This document shows, in pieces, positions 8,028 to 17,145 of a DNA stretch of 40,927 nt (position 1 is its first letter; the number at the start of each line of letters is the position of its first letter). The stretch is from Actinomycetota bacterium (GTDB taxonomy: Bacteria > Actinomycetota > Thermoleophilia > Gaiellales > Gaiellaceae), in the NCBI GenBank assembly GCA_013696805.1, contig JACCXX010000087.1, positions 1-40,927 of the forward strand, written 5' to 3'. Under the pieces are notes generated by a model that made no database searches, was not told the origin of the DNA, and saw only the letters and a list, made by a program, of their open reading frames with translations. Both the position numbers and the translations under genes were made by a program.

Positions 8028-8948
8028 CTAGCTCGGGCAGGCGCTCTCGGGGACAGTGCCCCGGGGGTACTTGAGCGTGTTCTTCGGACGCGGGACGTTC
8101 TGCTTGAACGTCGTGTAGAAGCGCCGCGGGATCGTCCTTTGCATGATTTTCCAAAACAGGTCGCGGGCCTTCATGCCGCGGATGGCGGTGTCGACCCACC
8201 GCTTCATCTCAGGCTCGTTCTTCCGAATGCCGACGCCCCACGGCACGTCGAGGAACTTGTGGTTCGTGAGGCGGAGATCCGGAGCATTCGCCGCGACGCC
8301 GACCAGGAACGCGTCGTCGAACATGAGCGCGTCCGCGCGGCCATCCTTCACAGCCAACACGCCCGAGCTCGGACTCGAGACGACGAGCAGGGTCGTGTCC
8401 TTGAAGCAGTTCTTGATCCAGCGGTCGTAAATCGAGCCGGGTGTGGTCGTGATCGTCTTCCCACGCATCCAGGTGTTCAGACGCCCGACGATCACCGAGT
8501 TCTTGACGAGCAACTTGCCCGCGGCGCCGTAGTACGGCAGCGAGTAGTCGATCGTCAGCTCGCGCTGAGCCGTCCAGGTCAGCGTCGAGATGATGAAGTC
8601 AACCCGCTTCGACTGGAGCGTCGGGATGCGGCTCGCGGTCGTCGTGCAGGTGAAGTCGACCTTACTGCGGGAGCCGAACGCCCACGCCGCAAACTGGCGG
8701 GCGGTGTCGACGTCGTAGCCACGGTTTCGGCCGCTCGTGTCCTGCCAGCCGAACGGCGGGAAGTCGCATTTGACGCCGATCAAGAACTTGCCCCGGCTTC
8801 GCACCTCTCCGGGTAGTGCCGGCAGTCTCGGCTTGGGCGGAAGCGTTGCCTGCGAGCCCGTCTTGCCCGCCGGCGCCGCCATGCTGAGAGCCGTGACGAT
8901 CGCCGCGACGAGCGCGACGAGGCCGGTAATAGCTACGAGTCGTCTCAT
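8028..8948 (-). CDS. amino-acid ABC transporter substrate-binding protein (family 3 SBP), secreted
   Basis: Signal/anchor [33 protein letters not shown]...[14 protein letters not shown]...DALMFDD is the typical SBP_bac_3 pattern. Confidence 0.85.
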   Translation of the reverse strand: MRRLVAITGLVALVAAIVTALSMAAPAGKTGSQATLPPKPRLPALPGEVRSRGKFLIGVKCDFPPFGWQDTSGRNRGYDVDTARQFAAWAFGSRSKVDFTCTTTASRIPTLQSKRVDFIISTLTWTAQRELTIDYSLPYYGAAGKLLVKNSVIVGRLNTWMRGKTITTTPGSIYDRWIKNCFKDTTLLVVSSPSSGVLAVKDGRADALMFDDAFLVGVAANAPDLRLTNHKFLDVPWGVGIRKNEPEMKRWVDTAIRGMKARDLFWKIMQRTIPRRFYTTFKQNVPRPKNTLKYPRGTVPESACPS

Positions 8949-9871
8949 TCAGCCTCTCCTTCTTGGGTGATTGTCAATTCTTCCAGGGAATGCGCCATCT
9001 GGAGTGAGCGCCGCAGGAATTTTCTCGTCCGCTCCTGCTTCGGCCGGTCGAGTACGTCCGCCGGGATCCCCTGCTCCACGATCTTTCCCTCATCCATGAA
9101 GGTGAGCCGGTCGCCCACCTCACGGGCGAACTGCATCTCGTGCGTGACGACGATCATCGTCATGCCAGATCGCGCAAGATCGCGCATGACGACGAGCACC
9201 TCGCCGACGAGCTCGGGGTCAAGCGCCGACGTGACCTCGTCGAACAACATTACGTGCGGCTGCATGACCAGCGCCCGGGCAATCGCGACCCGCTGCTGCT
9301 GCCCGCCGGAGAGCTGGTGGGGATACGACCGCTCCTTCTCGGGCAGGCCCACGCGCACGAGCAGGTCGCGTGCCCGCTCCTCCGCCTCGCGGCGAGGCAT
9401 CTTCTTCACGCGGCGCGCCCCGAGGGTCAGGTTGTCCATCACGCGCAGGTGCGGAAAGAGGTTGAACTGTTGGAAGACGATTCCGATCCGCTGCCGGACC
9501 TGGTCGACCCGTACGCCTTTCTTCGTGATCTCCTCGCCCTCGAAGAAGATCCGCCCGCTCTGGATCGGCTCGAGCAGGTTGATGCAGCGCAGGAGAGTGC
9601 TCTTCCCGCTTCCGCTCGGGCCAATGACGACGAGCGTCTCGCCCGTGCTCACCTCGAGATCGATGCCGTCGAGGACGACGTTGTCGCCGAAGCTCTTGTG
9701 GATCTGCTCCGCCCTGACGACCGGGGTTCCGTTGGTCTTGGCCCCCGGCTCGTCGGCAAGTGCCGCTGCAATACCTTCTCCCCGCTCCTGCACTTGCTCG
9801 GTTATACCGCTTGTTAACCAATTCCGCGCAGGTCCATCTCCCTTCGAGGAGGAACATTGGGGCACTTCCAT
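8945..9871 (-). CDS. amino-acid ABC transporter ATP-binding protein (GlnQ-like)
   Basis: Walker [10 protein letters not shown], signature [15 protein letters not shown], Walker [12 protein letters not shown]. The ~50-aa N-terminal extension uses rare TTA/ATA codons. An alternative in-frame GTG start lies at 9793. Confidence 0.85.
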   Translation of the reverse strand: MEVPQCSSSKGDGPARNWLTSGITEQVQERGEGIAAALADEPGAKTNGTPVVRAEQIHKSFGDNVVLDGIDLEVSTGETLVVIGPSGSGKSTLLRCINLLEPIQSGRIFFEGEEITKKGVRVDQVRQRIGIVFQQFNLFPHLRVMDNLTLGARRVKKMPRREAEERARDLLVRVGLPEKERSYPHQLSGGQQQRVAIARALVMQPHVMLFDEVTSALDPELVGEVLVVMRDLARSGMTMIVVTHEMQFAREVGDRLTFMDEGKIVEQGIPADVLDRPKQERTRKFLRRSLQMAHSLEELTITQEGEAE

Positions 9872-9909
9872 GTAGGCACTCCGTGGCTGACGGCGAATAT
9901 CGTGCAGCT

Positions 9910-10362
9910 ATGCGACGACTGACTACCTTGGCGGTGGCGTGCCTGTTTGCGTTTGGAGGCATTGCCTGCGGCGGGGAAGAGGACCTGGCCGCGAGCGGTG
10001 CCGGCGAGGCCCAGGTCGAAGTGCTCGAGAACCTCTATGACGCGCGCTATGACAAGGCCTGGGACGATCTGCACCCCAAGCACCAGCAGGTCGCACCGCT
10101 CCGCCTCTTCGTTCGCTGCTCGGCACAGGTCGCGCCCGGGGGCGACCTCGAGTCGATCGAAGTGCTCGACGTCTTCGACGACGAGGTGGTCATCCCGGGG
10201 ATCAAGGAGGGCGAGGCAAAAGCCGTCCGGATCCGGGTGAACTCCTTCGAGGGTGACTCGGACACGTTCGTCAACCACCAGGTCAAGGTCGGCGACAAAT
10301 GGCGCTGGGTGCTGAACGCGAGCGCCGTCCGCGCCTACCAGCAGCAGCGCTGTCCGCGCTGA
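9910..10362 (+). CDS. putative lipoprotein of unknown function
   Basis: Internal ATG at 9910 gives MRRLTTLAVACLFAFGGIAC, a signal peptide plus lipobox-like Cys. The upstream part of the 9760 ORF overlaps the divergent ATPase gene. Confidence 0.6.
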   Translation: MRRLTTLAVACLFAFGGIACGGEEDLAASGAGEAQVEVLENLYDARYDKAWDDLHPKHQQVAPLRLFVRCSAQVAPGGDLESIEVLDVFDDEVVIPGIKEGEAKAVRIRVNSFEGDSDTFVNHQVKVGDKWRWVLNASAVRAYQQQRCPR

Positions 10363-10366
10363 TAGC

Positions 10367-10558
10367 TTGGGCCTCGTGACCGAGGCTACTCCGATCGAGA
10401 CCTTCGAGGTCACTTGCCCGCACTGCAAGAGGCCGTTCGAAGCGCAGTTGATGGACGGCGCGGCAGCGCGCCACCGCGGCTTCAAGTGCCCGCGCTGCCG
10501 GCTCTTCATCCCGTACGAGCGTGCCAGCGGCCATACCGCTGAAGCCAAGGCGAGCTAG
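10367..10558 (+). CDS. small zinc-ribbon protein (CPHC...CPRC)
   Basis: 63-aa ORF starting 4 nt after the lipoprotein gene, with two CxxC pairs (CPHCKRP...CPRCRLF). TTG start at 10367 or GTG at 10376. Confidence 0.5.
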   Translation: MGLVTEATPIETFEVTCPHCKRPFEAQLMDGAAARHRGFKCPRCRLFIPYERASGHTAEAKAS

Positions 10559-10581
10559 CAAGAAGGCGCGCTCCACTTAGT

Positions 10582-10605
10582 CCCGGCCCCGTGGGTGGGG
10601 ACGGG
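10582..10605. terminator. hairpin between convergent genes (possible bidirectional terminator)
   Basis: CCCGGCCCC-gtgggt-GGGGaCGGG: a 9-bp stem with one mismatch, located between the stops at 10558 (+) and 10607 (-). Confidence 0.4.
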
Positions 10606-10606
10606 T

Positions 10607-11698
10607 TCAGCAGTCTTTGAGGCCCTGCGCCTCGGGCAGGGTCTCGAGACGCTTCAGCGTGTTGTTCTCGATCTGACGGATGCGCTCGCGCGTGACTCCG
10701 AACGCACGCCCGACCTCCTCGAGCGTGCACGGCTGCTCGCCGCGAAGCCCGAATCGGAGCTCGATGACGAGCCGCTCACGCTCGGGAAGCGAGTCGAGCG
10801 CCCTCTGGATGTCGGCGCGCCGAAGGGTCAGCGAAGCGGTGTCGAACGGCGACTCGGCCTGCTCGTCCTGCACGAAGTCGCCGAGCTCTGACTCCTCTTC
10901 CTCGCCGATCGGCTTCTCGAGCGAGATCGGGAGCTGCGACATGCGCAGGATCTCGCGCACCTCCTCCGTTGTCATCTCGAGCTCCGTGGCGATCTCGTCG
11001 GGCCGGGGCTCGCGCCCAAGCCGCTGGACGAGCTGCCGCTCGATGTGCACGACCTTGTTCAGCTTCTCGACCATGTGCACGGGGATGCGAATCGTCCGCG
11101 CCTTGTCGGCGATCGCCCGCGTCACGGCCTGCCGAATCCACCAGGTCGCGTACGTGGAGAACTTGAAGCCCTTGCGGTAATCGAACTTCTCGACCGCGCG
11201 GATCAACCCCAGCGAGCCTTCCTGGATGAGGTCGAGGAACGAGAGTCCCCGGCCCAGATAGCTCTTGGCGATCGAGACGACTAGCCGCAGATTGGCCTCG
11301 ATCATGTGCGTCTTGGCGGACATGTCGCCGCGTTCGATGCGCTTGGCCAGATAGATCTCCTGATCCGCGGTCAAGAGCGGCACCTTGCCGATCTCACGGA
11401 GGTAGAGCCGCAGGGAGTCGAGCGAGGGCTCGACCGAGAGATCGAGCTTGGGGCCCTTTTCCTCTTCGGCGAGCGCGGGCTGCTCGTGAGGGGGGTGCTT
11501 GTGCTGCTCCCCTTCAACCAGCTCGACCGAGTGGTCGATGAGGTACGTGTAGAAGTCTTCGATCTGCTCCTTCGAAAGCTCGACGTCTTCGAGAGCGCTG
11601 ACGATCTCGTCGTATGTGAGGAAGCCTTTTTCTTGTCCGTCCTGTACCAGCTTGTGGAGCTCTTCGACGTCGGGGAGGGAGATGTCGACGGTGAGCAT
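10607..11698 (-). CDS. rpoD: RNA polymerase principal sigma factor (sigma-70, group 1)
   Basis: Region 1.1/1.2 ([11 protein letters not shown]...), region 2 ([40 protein letters not shown]), region 3 and region 4 ([20 protein letters not shown]) are all present. Confidence 0.95.
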   Translation of the reverse strand: MLTVDISLPDVEELHKLVQDGQEKGFLTYDEIVSALEDVELSKEQIEDFYTYLIDHSVELVEGEQHKHPPHEQPALAEEEKGPKLDLSVEPSLDSLRLYLREIGKVPLLTADQEIYLAKRIERGDMSAKTHMIEANLRLVVSIAKSYLGRGLSFLDLIQEGSLGLIRAVEKFDYRKGFKFSTYATWWIRQAVTRAIADKARTIRIPVHMVEKLNKVVHIERQLVQRLGREPRPDEIATELEMTTEEVREILRMSQLPISLEKPIGEEEESELGDFVQDEQAESPFDTASLTLRRADIQRALDSLPERERLVIELRFGLRGEQPCTLEEVGRAFGVTRERIRQIENNTLKRLETLPEAQGLKDC

Positions 11699-11824
11699 TG
11701 ACCTCCTTCGGTCGTCGGGAGCGAGGACGGGCTTCCGAAATGCAAAGAGCCGGTACTTGCTTCCCCCGGCCCTTGCCGCGCAGGACGTTAACGCATTTCC
11801 ACAACCCTGTGTAGATCTTTTTTT

Positions 11825-12703
11825 CTACATCTTCTCGAGCGATCCGACAACATCGTCGCGGCTGTTGCGAAGCTCGACCGGGCCGAACGGACCGGGCTCG
11901 AGACCGAGCTGAGCAAGGAAGGCACCGAGCGCCGGGCGGAGAGCGCGGGCGCTCCCATCCTCGACCTTGAGCGCGATTCCGAGGCCATCGGGGCTCGCCG
12001 CGCAGAGGAGCGCCTCGGCCCCACCTTTCGCGATCCAGCCCGTGTGTGCCCGCATCAACTCGGTGTCCAGGGTCACCGGTCCGAGCATCAGCTCGGGGTG
12101 CGCACGCATCGCGCCGGCGACCGCCCCTCCGCCGGCGATGCGCTCGATCCGGGAGACGGCGTGCGCCATGGTTCGCAGGGGCATGGCGACTGTGACGACG
12201 CCGCAGCCATCGATCGCGGTGACCATGCTGGCCGCGTCGAGCTCCGCTGCGTTGGCGATCTCGGCGAGCATCGCCTGCTGGCACGGGTGCTCGGGCCGTC
12301 CATAGCCCTGGGTCGCCCATCCTTTTGAGTGACAGAGGGCCAGCATCCCCGCGTGCTTGCCGGAGCAGTTGTGATTGAGCCGCGAACCCTCGTACGGCCC
12401 GCACTCGAGATCGTCTTCGGTCGCCTCCGCCTTGGCGAGCAGCGCGCGCACGGCCGCCAGCTGCTCTTCCGTGGCCACATGCGAGGCGGACGCGATCGCC
12501 AGGTCGCGGTCGTCGACGTCGCCACGCTCCCGCGCAAGGGGCAGGGCCTGGATGGGCTTGGCCGACGAGCGTAGGAAGGTGACAAAGGCAGCATCGCCCG
12601 CGGCTTCCAGGATTTCGCCGTTACGCACGGCAACTGCGTGAACGTGGTGGACGGACTCGACGGTCCCGCCCCGGCGGACGGCTACGCTGATCGGCTCAGC
12701 CAT
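11825..12703 (-). CDS. asparaginase (Asparaginase_II / Rhizobium-type family)
   Basis: VESVHHVHAVAV...FLRSSAKPIQALP...LNHNCSGKHAGMLALC matches this family's conserved blocks. Confidence 0.8.
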   Translation of the reverse strand: MAEPISVAVRRGGTVESVHHVHAVAVRNGEILEAAGDAAFVTFLRSSAKPIQALPLARERGDVDDRDLAIASASHVATEEQLAAVRALLAKAEATEDDLECGPYEGSRLNHNCSGKHAGMLALCHSKGWATQGYGRPEHPCQQAMLAEIANAAELDAASMVTAIDGCGVVTVAMPLRTMAHAVSRIERIAGGGAVAGAMRAHPELMLGPVTLDTELMRAHTGWIAKGGAEALLCAASPDGLGIALKVEDGSARALRPALGAFLAQLGLEPGPFGPVELRNSRDDVVGSLEKM

Positions 12704-12718
12704 GGTGGGAGCGTAGTA

Positions 12719-13546
12719 GTGCCTGAGCTACCCGAGATGGAAGCCTGGCGTCGCGCGCTCGACGGTCCGGTGTCCGCTTTTCCGATCGAGAAGGCCGGGC
12801 CGGCGCACATCGCGACGCTCAAGACGTTCGACCCTCCGCTCGCAGCGCTCGAAGGCAGGCGGCTCACCGGCGCCGAGCGCCGCGCGAAGCGGCTCCTCTT
12901 CCCGACCGAGGATGGCGAGCTCATCCTGCTCGTGCACCTGATGACGGCGGGCCGCCTGCGCTACCTCAAGACGGGTGAGAAGGGGCCGAAGATCCCTGCG
13001 TTCCGGCTTCGGTTCGAGGGCGGCGCCGAGCTCGTGCTGACCGAAGCCGGTTCCAAGAAGCGCGCCGGAGTCTGGCTCCTGACGCCCGAGGCGGCCGCCG
13101 CCGAGCTGGAGCACATCGGGCCTGAGGCGAACGAGCTGACGGTCGACCAGCTGGCTGAGATCCTCGCCTCGGACTCGCGACGGCTGCATTCGCTCCTTCG
13201 CGACCAGCGACAGATCGCCGGCATCGGGCGCGCCTGGGCGAACGAGATCCTGCACGCGGCCAAGCTCTCCCCGTACACGCTGACCAGAGACGTGGGCGGG
13301 GAGGAAGTCGAAAGGCTGTGCTCCGCGATCAAGGACGAGCTCACGCGCGGCCTCGAGCTCCGCGAGCGCGGTGCCAACGACAAGAAGACGTACCGCATCC
13401 ATAAGAAGCTCGGCGAGCCGTGCCACGTCTGCGGCGCCCCGATCGCGCAGGTGGACTTCGAGGAGCACACGATCTTCTACTGCCCGCAGTGCCAGACCGG
13501 CGGGCGCGTGCTCAAAGATCGGAGGCTGTCGCGGCTTCTGCGGTGA
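12719..13546 (+). CDS. Fpg/Nei-family DNA glycosylase / AP lyase
   Basis: GTG at 12719 gives (M)PELPEME, with the catalytic N-terminal Pro-Glu. H2TH region (GIGRAWANEILHAAKLSP). C-terminal zinc finger CHVCGAPI...YCPQCQ. Confidence 0.85.
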   Translation: MPELPEMEAWRRALDGPVSAFPIEKAGPAHIATLKTFDPPLAALEGRRLTGAERRAKRLLFPTEDGELILLVHLMTAGRLRYLKTGEKGPKIPAFRLRFEGGAELVLTEAGSKKRAGVWLLTPEAAAAELEHIGPEANELTVDQLAEILASDSRRLHSLLRDQRQIAGIGRAWANEILHAAKLSPYTLTRDVGGEEVERLCSAIKDELTRGLELRERGANDKKTYRIHKKLGEPCHVCGAPIAQVDFEEHTIFYCPQCQTGGRVLKDRRLSRLLR

Positions 13547-13725
13547 GGTTCGCCCAGCCCTCGTGCTCCTAATGCTCGCGGGCGCTGCGGGGGAGTGGAA
13601 GTCACCGGTGACAAGTTCACCTGACCGGGCGACCACGGAATCACGTACCTCCGAGCCATGCGGCCCAATACCTCGCGTTCTACGCCGATACTCTGGCGAG
13701 CTGCGGCTAACCCACCCCAAGCGTT

Positions 13726-13749
13726 GCCTGGCGGCGCCCGCGGCCAGGC
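13726..13749 (-). terminator. hairpin downstream of the histidine-kinase-like gene
   Basis: GCCTGGC (13726-13732) pairs with GCCAGGC (13743-13749), with a 10-nt loop, about 20 nt past the minus-strand stop. No U-tract. Confidence 0.25.
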
Positions 13750-13769
13750 GACTGAGCATGGAAACCTGC

Positions 13770-14405
13770 CTACCGGTCGCCGAGTTTCACCAGGCGGACG
13801 CGCAGCGTCTCGCCCTCGAGCTCGAGCGAGCCCCCGAGGGCTTCGACCAGCCGCCGAGCGACCACGGCGCCAAGATCCTTTAGTTCCTCGCCGAGAATTA
13901 CAGGGGCTGCATCCGCGGTAATCGGAGCGATCGCGAAGGCGATGCCCTCCGCACGAAGCTCGACGCTCTGGAGCCCGCCGTGACGAACGGCGCAGAGACC
14001 AAGAGCGGCGAGGGCACGCACCGTCGGCGGCCGATCTACCTGCACGGGTGCGCCCTCCCCCGCCGCGGTGCCTCGCTCTTCCAGCCGAGCCGCCGCAGCG
14101 TCCACCAGCTCGCGACTGTTTGCCTCCACGAGGTGGGGCTCGTACCGACCGTCCGCGATGCGCGCGACGAGCGCGAGATCCTCGAGCAGCTCGACCATCT
14201 GCTCCACTCCGGCGAGGATCATCTCGACGTAGCGGTCGGCCGGCTGCCCGAGCTCATCGAGGCGCTGCAGGGTGTGCGCGAAGCCGGAGACGATGGCCAG
14301 CGGCGTGCGGAGGTCATGGCACGCCAGGGAGACCAAACCGGCGAAGCTGTCGTCTGTACCCAAGAAACCCCCTGCTAGCTTTGCGAAAGACAGTATTCCG
14401 GCCAC
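13770..14405 (-). CDS. soluble histidine-kinase-like protein (HisKA/DHp domain with degenerate ATP-binding domain)
   Basis: H-box SLACHDLRTPLAIVSGFAHTL is present. In the C-terminal half I cannot find N-box Asn, DxGxG or GxGxG motifs. No TM segments. Confidence 0.65.
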   Translation of the reverse strand: MAGILSFAKLAGGFLGTDDSFAGLVSLACHDLRTPLAIVSGFAHTLQRLDELGQPADRYVEMILAGVEQMVELLEDLALVARIADGRYEPHLVEANSRELVDAAAARLEERGTAAGEGAPVQVDRPPTVRALAALGLCAVRHGGLQSVELRAEGIAFAIAPITADAAPVILGEELKDLGAVVARRLVEALGGSLELEGETLRVRLVKLGDR

Positions 14406-14406
14406 G

Positions 14407-15387
14407 ATGAAAGACCGCTCTCACCTTCTCGATCAGGATCTCCAGGCCTCCCTGCCCGAAGTCCGGCTGGGCCTCTCCCGCGCAGGGGTCACCGGCGTCA
14501 AGAAGGCGATCCGCATCCGGTACGGCGACGTCGAGAAGCTGATTGCGGCCGACATCGAGTGCACCGTCGACCTCGACCGGGCCCAGAAGGGTGTGCACAT
14601 GTCGCGCTTCCCCGAGCTCTTCGCGGAGTCGATCGAGGAGGTCGTCATCGGCGAGGCGTTCCTGATCGAAGTCCTGGCAGAGCACATTGCCCGCCACATC
14701 GTCGGACGGCAGCGCGCGCTCCGCGCCGAGGTGCGAATCGCGGCGAGCTACCCAATCGAGCGCACGACCCCCGTCACCAAGCTGCCGACCCAGGAGATGG
14801 TCAGCCTCCTCGGGATCGCGGCAGCCTCCGAGCAAGGCGTGCGGCGCATCGTCGGGGTCGAGGCGGCGGGGATCAACGCCTGCCCCTGTGCACAGGGGCT
14901 CGTCAAGGGTCAGGCCTCCGAGCGGCTGCTCGACGCCGGCTTCGACGAGGGTGACGTCGACCGGATCCTCGAGCTCGTCCCACTGGCCACGCACAACCAA
15001 CGGGGTCGCGGAACGCTCTACGTCGGGACTGACGATCAGGTCAACGCCGAGCAGCTGGTCGACATCGTCGAGAGCTCGATGAGCGCGCCCGTCTATGAGC
15101 TGCTCAAGCGGCCAGACGAGCTGTTCGTCGTCGAGCACGCCCACCTGCAGCCGCGATTCGTGGAGGACTCGGTGCGTCTTGCCCTGAAGGGTGCGCTCGA
15201 CGCCTATCCGCAGCTCGCAGCCGAGGACTTCCTCTTCTCACGCCAGGTCAACCTCGAGACCATTCACACGCATGATGTGCTCGCCGAGCGCTACGGAACC
15301 GTCGGTGAGCTCCGGCAGGAGCTCGAAGGCGGCGGGCCGCCCGCTCGGCACATGGAGCTCCGTGAGTGGCTGTCCGCCGGTGCGTAG
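14407..15387 (+). CDS. folE2: GTP cyclohydrolase IB (FolE2/MptA family)
   Basis: Internal ATG at 14407 (MKDRSHLLDQD...). KGVHMSRF motif plus the INACPCAQG cysteine pair. The upstream part of the 14272 ORF overlaps the divergent gene. Confidence 0.85.
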   Translation: MKDRSHLLDQDLQASLPEVRLGLSRAGVTGVKKAIRIRYGDVEKLIAADIECTVDLDRAQKGVHMSRFPELFAESIEEVVIGEAFLIEVLAEHIARHIVGRQRALRAEVRIAASYPIERTTPVTKLPTQEMVSLLGIAAASEQGVRRIVGVEAAGINACPCAQGLVKGQASERLLDAGFDEGDVDRILELVPLATHNQRGRGTLYVGTDDQVNAEQLVDIVESSMSAPVYELLKRPDELFVVEHAHLQPRFVEDSVRLALKGALDAYPQLAAEDFLFSRQVNLETIHTHDVLAERYGTVGELRQELEGGGPPARHMELREWLSAGA

Positions 15388-15778
15388 AGCTCTGCTGGGG
15401 CTGGCGCTCTTTCTCGTCCTCGCGGGAGCGGCATGCTCAGCGGGGGGCGAGAGTGCGAAGCCGCTCTCGGCCCAGGCGCCCAAGGAGCCGGCCGACGCAT
15501 TCGTCGCTGAGATGCTGAACGGGCGGCCCGACGACGCGGCCGAGCGCCTGTCTTCCTCTCACGCCGGGTTCTCGTTCAACCTCTCGCAAATCTCGATCGA
15601 CCTGCAGACGAACGGCTACCGGGTGGCGCAATCGAAGCGTCGGAACAACAAGGCGTTCGTCTATCTCCTGCGAGGCCGCCGAAACGGAAAGCCGGTGAGC
15701 GCACCCTGGGTCGTCGCCTTCGAGCGCGACACCGACTCGTGGCGGATCGCGAACTTCAGCCAGGCTAAGACGTTCTAG
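15380..15778 (+). CDS. putative lipoprotein of unknown function
   Basis: GTG at 15380 gives VRRALLGLALFLVLAGAAC (signal peptide plus lipobox LAGAAC). Overlaps the folE2 stop by 8 nt. Confidence 0.55.
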   Translation: MRRALLGLALFLVLAGAACSAGGESAKPLSAQAPKEPADAFVAEMLNGRPDDAAERLSSSHAGFSFNLSQISIDLQTNGYRVAQSKRRNNKAFVYLLRGRRNGKPVSAPWVVAFERDTDSWRIANFSQAKTF

Positions 15779-16382
15779 GCGCGGCGTCGCTCCGCCGGCG
15801 TAGCTGCACGCGCTTTTCGGTTCCTGCGCGGAGACGAGCGAGGTTCGGCCGGTGGAGCAGCAGGATCGCGAGCGCCGCTCCGGCCGAGAACGCAACTACG
15901 GGCCAGGGCTCACCCAGGACGAGCGACACAGCCGGGAGCGAGACTGCCGCGAGCATCGAAGACACCGATGCGTAGCGAGTGATGAGGAAGATGGCGATCC
16001 AGATCAAGCACACCACGAGCCCCACGAACGGCGCCAGCCCGAGGAAAGCGCCGCCGCACGTTGCCACGACCTTCCCGCCGCGCTGGAAACCGAGGAACAG
16101 CGGCCGCCAGTGTCCGAGGATCGCCGCGCCACCGGTCAAGGCGCCGGCGAGGTGGCCGTGGGTCAAGGTAGCGACGAGCACCGGCACGAAACCCTTGGCC
16201 ACGTCCAGGAGGGCCACCAGGAGACCGAGCCCTCGCCCGTACAGCCGCCAGACGTTGGTCGCGCCGATGTTGCCGCTTCCGTGCCGGCGGATGTCCTCGC
16301 CCCGCACGATCCGGACCACCCAGTATCCGAACGGGAGGCTGCCCGCCAGGTACCCCGCGAGGATGTAGACGAAGATCGCTAT
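15765..16382 (-). CDS. plsY: glycerol-3-phosphate acyltransferase PlsY (start codon unresolved)
   Basis: YLAGSLPFGYWVVRIVRGEDIRRHGSGNIGATNVWR is the PlsY signature. The conserved N-terminal TM helix begins right at the upstream stop codon. No ATG/GTG/TTG lies there; the nearest canonical starts are 16658 (upstream) and 16319 (downstream). Confidence 0.8.
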   Translation of the reverse strand: MAIFVYILAGYLAGSLPFGYWVVRIVRGEDIRRHGSGNIGATNVWRLYGRGLGLLVALLDVAKGFVPVLVATLTHGHLAGALTGGAAILGHWRPLFLGFQRGGKVVATCGGAFLGLAPFVGLVVCLIWIAIFLITRYASVSSMLAAVSLPAVSLVLGEPWPVVAFSAGAALAILLLHRPNLARLRAGTEKRVQLRRRSDAAPRTS

Positions 16383-17002
16383 TTGGGCGGTATCTGGTAC
16401 TTCGACGCCCAGTCGTTGACCGTCGCCCAGTCCAGGTTGTTGAAGAACGCGTCGATGTACGACGCCCGATCCGTGCGGTAATCGAGGAAGTAGGCGTGCT
16501 CGTAGACGTCGAGGGCGACGAGCGGCGTGGCGTTCCAGATCGGATACGAGTTCTGTGCGTCGCCGATGTAGTTGAAGAGGCGCCCTTCGTCCCAGTCGTA
16601 CGCCGTCCAGGCCCAACCCCGGCCGGCCATGCCTGTCGCCTTCAGATCCTCGCGCCAATCGGCTACCGAACCGAAGTCGCGCTCGATCAGATCACCGATC
16701 AATCCCTCCGGATCACCGCCCGTCCCCCCGAGGTGCTCGAAGTAGATCTCGTGGTTCTTGACGCCACCGACGGCGAACGTGAGATCGACCTTGAGCGCGC
16801 GCAGCTCGGAGTAGACCTGGTTGCCCGCGGAGAGATCGACGTCGGCCAGCTTGCCGAGGATCTCGTTTCGCTTGTTCACGTACCCCTCGTAGAGCTTGTA
16901 ATGCGCCTCGACGGCCTCTCGCGAGATACCGTCGAGCTCGAACAGCGCCGGCTTGAGCTCGCGGGGTGCGATTTCTTCGGCGTTGAAGACAAGCGTGGCC
17001 AT
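16379..17002 (-). CDS. divergent Fe/Mn superoxide dismutase-family paralogue
   Basis: ATG at 17002 follows a GGAGGA RBS. C-terminal DVYEHAYFLDY and central NHEIYF motifs are retained. The N-terminal HHxKHH block is replaced by AHYKLYEGYV. Confidence 0.75.
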   Translation of the reverse strand: MATLVFNAEEIAPRELKPALFELDGISREAVEAHYKLYEGYVNKRNEILGKLADVDLSAGNQVYSELRALKVDLTFAVGGVKNHEIYFEHLGGTGGDPEGLIGDLIERDFGSVADWREDLKATGMAGRGWAWTAYDWDEGRLFNYIGDAQNSYPIWNATPLVALDVYEHAYFLDYRTDRASYIDAFFNNLDWATVNDWASKYQIPPK

Positions 17003-17145
17003 CGGTCCTCCTTCCATGGACGGGAGCGCACGAGATTAAACGACAGCGCCGGCAAGCCGCCGCTGTCTCTTATGGTCGGCGCCGCCGCGTCGGCGCCGCT
17101 GACGGGGTGTAGCCTCGATCTGAGAGCTACGAAAGGAGCAACGAG

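Noticed and set aside
6531-8816. 761-aa plus-strand ORF, the longest in the region
   Set aside because: It is entirely antisense to three well-supported ABC transporter genes. The translation is Arg/Asp/Glu/Pro-rich low-complexity sequence with no motifs. This is a typical high-GC shadow ORF.
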